A stretch of DNA of 64,000 nt from NCBI GenBank assembly GCA_049840695.1, contig JASGJV010000005.1:34129-98128 (forward strand). Direction: 5' to 3'. The stretch's first letter is position 1. The number at the start of each line of letters is the position of its first letter. Of the stretch, positions 47,841 through 56,850 are shown one piece after another. This stretch comes from Nitrospira sp. GTDB lineage: Bacteria > Nitrospirota > Nitrospiria > Nitrospirales > Nitrospiraceae. The notes beneath the pieces are model-generated. The model saw only the letters and a program-made list of their open reading frames with translations. It was not told where the DNA came from and did no database searches. The translations under genes and the position numbers were made by a program.

Positions 47841-48539
47841 ATGGCGCGTAAGAGTGTGACGGTAGGCCCTGCCACCAGGCGGGCGATCAAGGGGATATTT
47901 TCTCGGCTCGACTATGCGCAGCTAGGCCCGATTTATTGCGATGAAGGAGGCGATGAATTTTGGGCCGCGAAGAGTGGGCCTTGTCAGCGTCTCGGGACAA
48001 ATGTGGCCAATGCGTTGAAGGCCAGGCTCAAGCGGGGTGGCACGAGTCTGTATGTAGGCGCCGGCGTGGCGGAGATTCCGCCCCTGGTGATGGAAGCGCT
48101 GGAGCTGGATCGGCGGGTGGTCGCCTGCAACTTACGGCGGCAGGAGGTGCTTGTCCTGAATCGTGCCTGCGGCGAGCTTCCCATCCGGTTTCAGCATCTG
48201 GATGCAGGTTCGGTCAAACAGCGGGTGGATCACCTCTGGCTGGTCAGTGTGCTGAATGATCCTGAGCGCTTTCAGGAGTTATCGGTGCTGTCCTACGGGC
48301 GGGCGAATCCCGTGACGTTCAATGCGAAGAAATTTGTCACGCAGCAACGGACGGTTGCCAGACTCGTCGATCATTGCTTGAGCCGGTTGACTGTGCCGGG
48401 CTTGGTGACCACCACGGTTGAAGAAGCGGTGTGGGTTGCCGAGTGGTGCCATCGGCGAGGCATTCCCTACCGAATTGATGAGCGCACCTACGCGTCACCT
48501 ACTGTCGGAGATCCCATCTGTTTGATGCGTATCGGATGA
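47841..48539 (+). CDS. Hypothetical protein with possible class I SAM-methyltransferase-like fold
   Basis: RBS GGAGA; SLYVGAGVAE resembles motif I; VVACNL and FQHLDA resemble later strands. Confidence 0.65.
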   Translation: MARKSVTVGPATRRAIKGIFSRLDYAQLGPIYCDEGGDEFWAAKSGPCQRLGTNVANALKARLKRGGTSLYVGAGVAEIPPLVMEALELDRRVVACNLRRQEVLVLNRACGELPIRFQHLDAGSVKQRVDHLWLVSVLNDPERFQELSVLSYGRANPVTFNAKKFVTQQRTVARLVDHCLSRLTVPGLVTTTVEEAVWVAEWCHRRGIPYRIDERTYASPTVGDPICLMRIG

Positions 48540-48567
48540 AGCGTGACGACTGATTGTTGCGGCTGTG

Positions 48568-49107
48568 TCAGACCCAAAACCCCGGGCGTGGTTTGTCTGG
48601 TCCGGTGAGGTACTGGCGGGAATATCGGATATAGTTCTGCGCCGATTCCCGTATCCATGCGAGTTCCTGCTCCGTCACCGGACGCTTGACCTTGGCCGGT
48701 GATCCCAGGATGAGGCTCTTCGGGGGAACGATGGTGCCTTCTGTGACGAGTGCTCCCGCGCCGACTACGGAGTCTTCTCCGATGACTGCGCCGTCCATGA
48801 TGATGGCGCCCATTCCGACCAGCACCCGGTTGTGAATGGTGCAGCCATGCAGCACGACATGGTGCCCGATGGTGACATCGTCGCCGATGACGAGGGGATG
48901 CGTGTCGTGTGTGACATGCAACATGCAGAGGTCCTGCACGTTGGTCCGGTTCCCGATACGAATGTGGTTCACATCCCCGCGGATGACGGCATGGAACCAG
49001 GCGCTGCACTCTTCGCCCATCACGACGTCGCCGATGATGACCGCCGTGTCTTCGATAAAGCAGGATTGAGGGATGGTGGGCTTGATGCCCTGGAAGGTCC
49101 GGATCAT
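48568..49107 (-). CDS. Gamma carbonic anhydrase family protein (YrdA-like)
   Basis: IRGDVN, TNVQD..MLH, VTIGH..VLHGC hexapeptide repeats with three His ligands. Confidence 0.95.
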   Translation of the reverse strand: MIRTFQGIKPTIPQSCFIEDTAVIIGDVVMGEECSAWFHAVIRGDVNHIRIGNRTNVQDLCMLHVTHDTHPLVIGDDVTIGHHVVLHGCTIHNRVLVGMGAIIMDGAVIGEDSVVGAGALVTEGTIVPPKSLILGSPAKVKRPVTEQELAWIRESAQNYIRYSRQYLTGPDKPRPGFWV

Positions 49108-49191
49108 GCGCTCAATCTAGGATAGCCGTAGTACGAATAGCAAGAGAGCTCGTTTGACAGACTTTTCCGCCGTCTCGTAGACTGCCTCGTT

Positions 49192-50646
49192 ATGGCTTCA
49201 TCATTGATTACTCCCTCACGGGCGAAACGCAAGAAACCCACGATAGGCTTTGTCAATCTGGGTTGTTCAAAAAACCAGGTGGATTCCGAAGTCATGCTCG
49301 GAACGCTGGTGGCCGGCGGCTTTCAACTGACCGGCGATGCGCGTGCCGCCGAAGTCGTGATCATCAATACCTGCGGCTTTATCGAAGAGGCCAAGCAGGA
49401 ATCGATCAATAGCATTATCGAACACGGCCGTCTCAAGCAGTCGGGTTCCTGTCGCGTCTTGATCGCCGCGGGCTGTCTGGCGCAGCGCTATCAGGGCGAA
49501 CTCTTGAAGGAACTGCCGGAGTTGGACGGTGTGGTTGGAACCGGCGAGTTCGGACGGATCGCAGACATCTGCCGCAGCCTGTTGGCCCCGAAACAACGCC
49601 AGCAACGTCTTTGGCTGGGGCAGCCTCCCTATCTCTATGATGCCGACACGCCGCGCGTGCGCCTGGGGACGCCACACAGCGCCTATTTGAAAATTGCGGA
49701 AGGCTGTAACCGCAACTGCGCCTTCTGTGCGATCCCCATCATGCGAGGCAAGCAACGGAGCCGAACGATTGAATCGATCGTGGCTGAGGCGAGACGGTTG
49801 GCCAAAGAAGGGGTGAAGGAGCTCAACCTCATTTCCCAGGACACCATCAACTACGGGGTGGACCTCGGAATCAAACAGGGACTGACCGCGTTGTTGCGTG
49901 AATTGGTCACCGTGGACGATGCGCGATGGATCCGGCCCTTCTATTTGTATCCGCAGCAGGTCACGGATGAGTTGCTGGATCTCTATGCCGGGGAGGCGCG
50001 CATCACCAAGTATCTCGACATGCCGCTGCAACACATCAGCGACGGGATGCTCAAGCGCATGCATCGACTGGGTGATCGCAAGCACCTGACGAAGCTGGTG
50101 GAGCGTATTCGGACCAAAATTCCGGGCGTATTTTTTCGGACGGCCTTTATCGTCGGATTTCCCGGCGAGACGGACAAGCACTTTGAAGAGTTGAAGCAGT
50201 TCGTGCTCGACATGGAGTTCGATCGCGTGGCCGTATTTCTCTATTCCAACGAGGAAGGCACATCGGCCGTGGATCTCGACCGAAAAGTCAACCAGGCGGT
50301 GATGGAAGAACGGCGCAATGAGCTCCTGGCCCTTCAGGAATCGATTTCAGAGTCCAAAAACCGTGAGTATCTCGGCCGGACGATCGAAGTTCTGGTGGAT
50401 GGGATGTCTGAAGAGTCGGACCGGCTGCTGGAGGCGAGGCACCAAGGCCTGGCACCTGAGATCGACGGAGTGGTGTATTGTGAGCGGGGGATAGCCAAGC
50501 CGGGCGATTTCATTTCCGTGACGGTGACAGATGTCGCCGGGTATGATCTGATTGCCCAGCCTGCTGGTCGGACCGACCAGCCAAGCGCTTCTTCCGTTCC
50601 TTCTGGTTTGCTCATGCCCAAAAAAATCGGAGCGGGGTACCGGTAA
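49192..50646 (+). CDS. rimO: Ribosomal protein S12 methylthiotransferase
   Basis: LGCSKNQVDSE, INTCGFIEEAKQES, KIAEGCNRNCAFCAIP, APEIDG in the TRAM domain. Confidence 0.97.
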   Translation: MASSLITPSRAKRKKPTIGFVNLGCSKNQVDSEVMLGTLVAGGFQLTGDARAAEVVIINTCGFIEEAKQESINSIIEHGRLKQSGSCRVLIAAGCLAQRYQGELLKELPELDGVVGTGEFGRIADICRSLLAPKQRQQRLWLGQPPYLYDADTPRVRLGTPHSAYLKIAEGCNRNCAFCAIPIMRGKQRSRTIESIVAEARRLAKEGVKELNLISQDTINYGVDLGIKQGLTALLRELVTVDDARWIRPFYLYPQQVTDELLDLYAGEARITKYLDMPLQHISDGMLKRMHRLGDRKHLTKLVERIRTKIPGVFFRTAFIVGFPGETDKHFEELKQFVLDMEFDRVAVFLYSNEEGTSAVDLDRKVNQAVMEERRNELLALQESISESKNREYLGRTIEVLVDGMSEESDRLLEARHQGLAPEIDGVVYCERGIAKPGDFISVTVTDVAGYDLIAQPAGRTDQPSASSVPSGLLMPKKIGAGYR

Positions 50647-50686
50647 GCCTCTGCTCACCGGTGCCCGCCCCGTTGCTCTGCTGCAG

Positions 50687-52165
50687 TTAAATCTTCGCGC
50701 TCAGATACAGGGATGCGCCGCGCCGGTTGATCAAGACCAGAACGGTTTGCCCTTTCTTGAGGCCCGAGGCGGCCCGATCGAACTCCTTCATTGAGGTGAC
50801 CGGCTTGCGGTTGATTTCCCGGATGACGTCACCGGGCATCAAGCCGGCCCGTTCCGCATCACTCTCCGGATCGACCGTGGTCACCACGACTCCTTGGATC
50901 TTTCCCTTCAACCCGAGTTCCTGGGCTGTTTCTCGATCAAGCTCCTGCACGGCGAGGCCCGCCAATGGCTGGTCCAACGGTTCGGACTCCGTTTTGGCGA
51001 CCTGCTGGTTGTCCGGCAGTTCGGCCAGCGTGACGGTTAGCTCTTTTTCCTGACCGTCCCGCAACACTTTGACCATGGCTTTGCTGCCGACCGCGGTTCG
51101 CGTGACCGCGCGTTGGAGTGTCACGGCATCCTCGATCGCCGCGCCCTGGAAGGAAAGGATCACGTCGCCCTGCTTGATTCCGGCCTTATCCGCCGGGCCT
51201 TCTTCCTTCACATCGGTGACGACTGCGCCGTTCGTCCCCTTCGTGCCAAAGGATTTGGCGAGGTCATGGTTCAGGTCTTGAATGCCGACGCCCAGGTAGC
51301 CGCGCACGACCTTGCCGGTCTTGACCAGGCTTTCATAGATCGGCTTGCTCATCCCGGTCGAGACGGCAAAACCAACGCCTTGATACCCTCCGGTTTGAGA
51401 AAAGATGGCCGTGTTGATGCCGATCAGTTCTCCCTTGGTATTCACGAGGGCACCGCCGCTATTTCCGGGATTGATGGCGGCATCGGTTTGAATGAAATCT
51501 TCATACTGCGTGATCCCCATGTGTCCCCGGCCCAGCGCACTGACGATACCGAGGGTCACTGTGGAATTCAGACCGAAGGGATTACCAACCGCCAGTACGT
51601 ATTCACCGACCTGCAGGCGGCTGGAATCGCCCCACGTGATAGTCGGGAGCTGCGTGCCGTCGATCTTCACCACGGCAATATCGCTCTTTGGATCAGTGCC
51701 TATGATCCTCCCCTTAAACTCCCGTTTGTCGGGCAGCGTGACCGTGACCGTTTTTGCTCCTGCGATTACATGGTTGTTGGTTAGCACATATCCATCCTGG
51801 GTGACGATCACCCCGGACCCCTGGCCGCCGCCTCGATGTTCACGCGGCTCCATCGGTGGTCCGAATCGACGCGGGCCGAACGGTGATCCGAAAAAGTCTT
51901 CCATTTTTCCCCGTGGGCGAGCGTGGTCGGACACCTCTTCCGCGCCGCTGGTGGTGATGTTGACGACGGCCGGTGTGACAGTCTTGGCCACCTCGGCGAA
52001 CCCCGCAGCGGGCAAGGCGCCGGTCGGCGCCATCGGACGTTCCTCTACAACGGGCGATGGATTTGAGGCGTGAGACGGAGCAAGCGGAGTATAGCTCCAG
52101 ATTAAGCCCGCGCTCACGGCGGCAATACCGGCTAAGACACTGACTGAGGGTATGGGTCGTTGCAT
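50687..52165 (-). CDS. Do/DegQ family serine endoprotease with two PDZ domains
   Basis: GSGVIV, LTNNHV, DIAVVK, IQTDAAINPGNSGGAL; two PDZ domains; ATG at 52165 after GGAGGAGG. Confidence 0.95.
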   Translation of the reverse strand: MQRPIPSVSVLAGIAAVSAGLIWSYTPLAPSHASNPSPVVEERPMAPTGALPAAGFAEVAKTVTPAVVNITTSGAEEVSDHARPRGKMEDFFGSPFGPRRFGPPMEPREHRGGGQGSGVIVTQDGYVLTNNHVIAGAKTVTVTLPDKREFKGRIIGTDPKSDIAVVKIDGTQLPTITWGDSSRLQVGEYVLAVGNPFGLNSTVTLGIVSALGRGHMGITQYEDFIQTDAAINPGNSGGALVNTKGELIGINTAIFSQTGGYQGVGFAVSTGMSKPIYESLVKTGKVVRGYLGVGIQDLNHDLAKSFGTKGTNGAVVTDVKEEGPADKAGIKQGDVILSFQGAAIEDAVTLQRAVTRTAVGSKAMVKVLRDGQEKELTVTLAELPDNQQVAKTESEPLDQPLAGLAVQELDRETAQELGLKGKIQGVVVTTVDPESDAERAGLMPGDVIREINRKPVTSMKEFDRAASGLKKGQTVLVLINRRGASLYLSAKI

Positions 52166-52257
52166 ATGGGCTCCTCCTCCTAGATGACGGTAATCTGTAC
52201 AAGCGGGAGAGACAGCGATCTTCCGCGTGCCAGTCAATTGGAAGGTAACAGCCCTGG

Positions 52258-52295
52258 ATGAGAAAACTATTAACGAGGAATTAGAAGTCGTTAAG
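52258..52295. promoter_or_regulatory. Putative OmpR-family tandem direct-repeat operator upstream of the Do/DegQ gene
   Basis: ATGAG (52258), ATTAA (52269), ATTAG (52280), GTTAA (52290): 11, 11, 10-bp spacing in an AT-rich patch. Confidence 0.5.
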
Positions 52296-53694
52296 CTGCG
52301 GTTGCGGCTAACGGCAGGACAAGGGTGAAGGTGGATCCTTTGCCGACCTCGCTTTGAACGTCGATGTGTCCGTGGTGGGCTTCGGCAATCCAGGCGCAGA
52401 TAGCCAAGCCGAGGCCGGTCCCTTTTTTGGTATGGGCCCGGGCGTCATCAGTGCGGAAGAAGCGGTCGAAAATCTGTTTGTGGGCGTCCTGCGGAATGCC
52501 GATCCCGTAATCGCGTACCGCAAGTCGTGCGGTGCTGCCTTCTACTCCTAAATCGATTTCGACCTTGCCGTGGGGATGAGAATATTTGACCGCGTTGTCA
52601 ACGATGTTGAGGATGAGTTCCCGCAGACGAAGTTCATCCCCCCGGACGGTCGCCGGCTGAATCGTGCCCATGATGACATCCACTTCCCGTTCCTGACCAA
52701 GCAGGCAGGCCTGGCGTTGAATGTCCTCCACTAAGGCCTCCAGCCGGACCGGCTCGCATTCTGTTTTCACCTGCCCCATATCCGCCCGCGAGAGGAAGAG
52801 CAGTTCCTCCACGATGCGGGACATGCGGTCGATTTCCTCCAGGTTGCTTTCGAGGACGGCGATGTAATCTTCGATCGGTCGGGGACGCCGCAGGACTAAT
52901 TCGCTCTCACCTTTCATGACTGTCAGCGGCGTGCGGAGTTCGTGGGAGGCATCACTGCTGAACTGGCGGATTTGCGCGAAGGAGGTTTCCAGACGCGCGA
53001 TCATGTTGTTGAAGGTATCGGTCAGACGCCCGATTTCATCGGAAGAGCGTTCTGAATGCAGACGCTGGGTCAGGTCGCCGGCCGCGATCCGTTGCGCCGC
53101 GACGGTGATGGAATCGACGGGGCGCAGGGCGCGTCCGGCTAGAAACCATCCTCCCACCAGAGAAACGACCAAGGCGATCGGCGCCATGACGAGCAGCACG
53201 AGGAGAAAGCGGCGCAGCGTTTCTTCGACGCCTTCCAGGGTGGTGCCCACCTGCACGATATAGAGCAATGAGCCACGGTAAATGATGGGAACCGACACCA
53301 GACGTAGCGGCGGCTCGTTGGGGTATCTGGCTGATTCGAAGACGGTGCTCCCGGTAAAGGCCGCTTCCAGGGCCGGGCGGCTCAAAGGGACGTCGTGTTG
53401 CCGGATATTCGGGGAGCGGATGGTGATGGTGCCGGTAGGGCTGAAGATCTGAAAAAATTTGTCGATACGGGTGAGTTCAGGGAATTGACTCAACAGCGCA
53501 TCTTCATCGATGAGGGGCAGGAAGCCACGGGTCTCCAGCGAGCGCACGGCGGCCGAGGCGGTTTCCTGCAACGACTCATCGACTTGGTCGCGGAGGCCTC
53601 GGGCCGTGATGGTGTAGAGCACCACGGAGAAGGTCAGCAGGATCAGGGCCAGGGCCGTTCCGTACCAGAGGGTGAGCCGGACGCGAAGGGGCAT
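52291..53694 (-). CDS. Membrane sensor histidine kinase (CusS/heavy-metal-sensor-like, HAMP)
   Basis: Two TM helices, HAMP (DEIGRL..TFN.M), DASHELRTPL, NIVDNAVKYS, DYGIGI, GTGLGLAI. Confidence 0.95.
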   Translation of the reverse strand: MPLRVRLTLWYGTALALILLTFSVVLYTITARGLRDQVDESLQETASAAVRSLETRGFLPLIDEDALLSQFPELTRIDKFFQIFSPTGTITIRSPNIRQHDVPLSRPALEAAFTGSTVFESARYPNEPPLRLVSVPIIYRGSLLYIVQVGTTLEGVEETLRRFLLVLLVMAPIALVVSLVGGWFLAGRALRPVDSITVAAQRIAAGDLTQRLHSERSSDEIGRLTDTFNNMIARLETSFAQIRQFSSDASHELRTPLTVMKGESELVLRRPRPIEDYIAVLESNLEEIDRMSRIVEELLFLSRADMGQVKTECEPVRLEALVEDIQRQACLLGQEREVDVIMGTIQPATVRGDELRLRELILNIVDNAVKYSHPHGKVEIDLGVEGSTARLAVRDYGIGIPQDAHKQIFDRFFRTDDARAHTKKGTGLGLAICAWIAEAHHGHIDVQSEVGKGSTFTLVLPLAATAA

Positions 53695-54365
53695 CAGTCC
53701 ACCTTGAGCATGTACCCACTCCCTCGTATCGTATGAATCAGCTTTCTCGCCCGCCCGCGATCAATCTTATTTCGCAGATAGTTCACGTAGACGTCGATCA
53801 CATTCGTGAAGGTGTCGAAGTCTTGATTCCAGACATGGTCGGAAATCATGGGACGGGTCAACACCCGTCCCGCGTGCCGCATGAAATATTCCAGGAGCGC
53901 ATACTCTTTGACCGTGAGTTCAATACGCTGTCCTCCGCGAGTTACTTCCCGAGTGGCCGGATTGAGGATGAGATCATCGATCTGGAGCGTGCCGGACGAT
54001 TCGGCCGTGCCTCGCCGCAGCAGCGCTCTGACGCGGGCGAGCAATTCATCGATGGCGAAAGGTTTGGTGAGATAATCATCCGCCCCGGCATCCAATCCCT
54101 TGACGCGTTGGTCGACTTTCGACTGCGCCGTCAAGATCAAGACAGGCGTCTGAATTTTTTCCTTGCGAAGGCGGGTCAACACTTCCATGCCGGGGAGGCC
54201 GGGCAGCATCAGGTCGATCATGATGAGGTCGTAGCTGCCGGTCAGGGCCAGATCAAGACCCTGCGCGCCGTCCTCACAGAGGTCAACTGCGTAACTTTCT
54301 TCCTCGAGGGCTCGCTTGATGAACGAACCCACCTTGGTTTCATCTTCAACGACAAGAACGCGCAT
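53694..54365 (-). CDS. OmpR-family response regulator
   Basis: MRVLVVEDE, DLMLPG, GADDYLTKPF, NVIDVYVNYLRNKID, TIRGSGY. Confidence 0.96.
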   Translation of the reverse strand: MRVLVVEDETKVGSFIKRALEEESYAVDLCEDGAQGLDLALTGSYDLIMIDLMLPGLPGMEVLTRLRKEKIQTPVLILTAQSKVDQRVKGLDAGADDYLTKPFAIDELLARVRALLRRGTAESSGTLQIDDLILNPATREVTRGGQRIELTVKEYALLEYFMRHAGRVLTRPMISDHVWNQDFDTFTNVIDVYVNYLRNKIDRGRARKLIHTIRGSGYMLKVD

Positions 54366-54433
54366 AGGTCATGCCCACAGGTGGGTGGATTATAGCAGAG
54401 GAAGCCGGTCTATGATGCGGTCAAACGTGCGAG

Positions 54434-55582
54434 TCAGGGAAGATCGGCGGAGTCCGAACTGGAGCGTGTGGCGGCCTGTAGGCGACAGAGGGTACGAATG
54501 TCTTTCCAGTCTTCTCCGGGAAGCAGCTGGTGCGCATCAGTCGGAGGCGGGCCGGCAAGCGCGAGAAGCGTGTCGAGCCGCCGGCTCATATCGGGATGGG
54601 TTGAGAGAAAATCAGGCGGTTCGACCTGGCCTTGCTCTGACTTCTGCAGCGTCCTGTAAAAGGCAATCATGGCGCTCGGATCGAGATGAGCAGCCTGCAT
54701 CATGCGAAGACCTTCGGCATCCGCTTCCTCCTCATGGGTGCGGCTGTAATGCAATGATCCCATCGTCTGGGCACCCTGCAGCCCCCAGGCCAATCCTCCT
54801 GACAGATCTCCCGATACGGCGGCCAGCAGCAGCGTGCCCGCTGTCTGTTCGAGGATGGCTCTAGTGCTGTGGCGGAGATAGACATGCTGGAGTTCGTGCG
54901 CCAGTACTCCGGCAAGCTGTTCGGCGCTGCTGGTCTGTTCCAGCAGGCCGCGCAGAATGACCACCCGGCCACCGGGAGCAGCAAAGGCATTGATGGCGGG
55001 ATTGTTCACCACGGAGAGCGTGATCCGATAAGGGGAGCCCGGGTGCGTGGCTGCCAACGTTTGCACGACCTGGTCGATCTTCCGAAGTCGCTCCGGATCC
55101 CGGCACTGCTGCGTCTCCGGCGCGAGGTGTTCGGCAATGTGCCGGCCAAGTGATTCCTCCCACATGATCGGTACGTAGGGTGTGGCTGCTGACGCGATAC
55201 CAGGAATGCCCCATCGGTACAGGCCGGTGAGCATGAGTAGCACCCCCATTGCTGCGCCCAGCGTCCAAGCAAGGCGCGTCGGCCTCCAGGAGGGATTGTG
55301 AAAATGTTGTGCGAGTGCGGGTGCCGCCGTATGGATTTCGGTCAACAGCGTTCGGCCGGCGACCACTACCGTCTCTGCCGGTTCAGCCCCGAACTCCAAG
55401 CGCACTGGCTCGCCGCGGTAGGTTCCCTGTGTTTGGCGAATCTGGCTGTACGGCCATTCCTTCATGGTGCCATCGGGCATGAAGATCTGCAGCGCGGCCG
55501 GGCTGATGGCGAGGGTGACGCGGTGTCGCGTGGCCGTGCGGCCGTTGAGATAGTGAGCGGTTCGGGCGGTGGACATGGTCAC
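54434..55582 (-). CDS. M48 family zinc metallopeptidase with N-terminal PH-like domain and TM anchor
   Basis: NAFAAPGG, GVLAHELQH, YSRTHEEEAD, LSTHP; GTGA overlap with the upstream stop. Confidence 0.92.
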   Translation of the reverse strand: MTMSTARTAHYLNGRTATRHRVTLAISPAALQIFMPDGTMKEWPYSQIRQTQGTYRGEPVRLEFGAEPAETVVVAGRTLLTEIHTAAPALAQHFHNPSWRPTRLAWTLGAAMGVLLMLTGLYRWGIPGIASAATPYVPIMWEESLGRHIAEHLAPETQQCRDPERLRKIDQVVQTLAATHPGSPYRITLSVVNNPAINAFAAPGGRVVILRGLLEQTSSAEQLAGVLAHELQHVYLRHSTRAILEQTAGTLLLAAVSGDLSGGLAWGLQGAQTMGSLHYSRTHEEEADAEGLRMMQAAHLDPSAMIAFYRTLQKSEQGQVEPPDFLSTHPDMSRRLDTLLALAGPPPTDAHQLLPGEDWKDIRTLCRLQAATRSSSDSADLP

Positions 55583-56847
55583 GCATCCATGTCGAAGCCG
55601 GTGTCGAGAAGGTTGGATAACCCTTCTCCGGTGACCGAGGCTTCGGTGGGGTCTTGCACGACGCGATCGAGATCGACCGAGCCTTGGAGCGACAGCGTAC
55701 CGATAAAAACCCGGGCATTACGCACGGTGACCCAGGGCCATGCCCATCCCAAGGTGGCCAGGAGGAGGCCGAGGTTGCCCAGATACAGTGTGAAGAGCCG
55801 CTGCCAGGTGATCTCGGATGAGAACTGGGCGTCTCCGAATGAGGTGTGATTCCAGAAATAGCGCTGCTTCTGTCCCAGCAGCCAGATCCACATCGGTCCG
55901 AGCACAAAGGGAATCAGCAACAGCGTCAGTCCCGCGTTCGTCAATTGTGCGGCGAGAGCGAATGCGCACAGGCCCAGGACCGTGTACGTGGTAAACAGGG
56001 TCACGGCGAAGGGGACCATCACCCCGGATCCGTGGCCGGTGAACCGGAAGCGCTGGTTACCAAAATAGGTGTGGGAGTACAGAAACGCCTGACGCTGGGT
56101 TTGGAAATAGGGATAGTAGGTTCCCAGGGTGAGGATCGTCAAAAACCATCCCCGAAAATACAGTTTGAGAAAATCGATGGTCCGTCCTCGAAACGAGAAC
56201 CGGATGCCGCGCCATGAGGTGCGGGTGCATCGATAGCGGCGCGCATTCACGATCGCGACGGGGACATAGAGGAAGAACACCAGGCCGGCTATCGCCTGCA
56301 GCAACAGATCGATCCACGGCGGAAGCTCCAGAAACGCATGCGCGGCGCTCAGGGAAAAATAGGGGATACCGAACACCAACATCGCTTTCAGAAATCCCTG
56401 ATAGAGCTCCTTGCCGGTCCCGTGATACGCGAACCGATCCCCTGCAAAGGATGTGTGACTGAACAGGTACCGACGGATTTTCGCCTTGGCCCAAAAGTGA
56501 TATCCGCCCAGGGTCACCAGTGTGAGGCAGACGTTCACGACATGCATGCCCAGGAGAGTCCCGCCCATTCCATGAAAGCACGCGCGCATGGGCGCGGGTG
56601 ACGCAGCAGCGCCAGATGGTGATGCAGCATCAGGAACTCCAGAAAGCCTGTCTTGCCCGTTCGGCAGCACATCGGCTGAGCCTGACGATACCGGCTCCAC
56701 TACCGCGAACCGGGAACCGCATGTGGGGCAGGTGCTGCGAGAGGCCGCCGTCAATTGTGCCAGGGCGCGAATTCGGTAATGGCTGAGGCAGCGGTGACAG
56801 GTTGCGCGTGCGGCGCTTGCGTCGTCTTGCAGGACCGCATTGGCCAT
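55579..56847 (-). CDS. DUF898/YjgN family membrane protein with N-terminal zinc ribbon
   Basis: CHRC...CPTC; F.G.GG..., LTLVTLGGYHFWAK, RF.Y.GTGKEL, TSWRGIRFSF. Confidence 0.88.
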   Translation of the reverse strand: MANAVLQDDASAARATCHRCLSHYRIRALAQLTAASRSTCPTCGSRFAVVEPVSSGSADVLPNGQDRLSGVPDAASPSGAAASPAPMRACFHGMGGTLLGMHVVNVCLTLVTLGGYHFWAKAKIRRYLFSHTSFAGDRFAYHGTGKELYQGFLKAMLVFGIPYFSLSAAHAFLELPPWIDLLLQAIAGLVFFLYVPVAIVNARRYRCTRTSWRGIRFSFRGRTIDFLKLYFRGWFLTILTLGTYYPYFQTQRQAFLYSHTYFGNQRFRFTGHGSGVMVPFAVTLFTTYTVLGLCAFALAAQLTNAGLTLLLIPFVLGPMWIWLLGQKQRYFWNHTSFGDAQFSSEITWQRLFTLYLGNLGLLLATLGWAWPWVTVRNARVFIGTLSLQGSVDLDRVVQDPTEASVTGEGLSNLLDTGFDMDA

Positions 56848-56850
56848 GAT

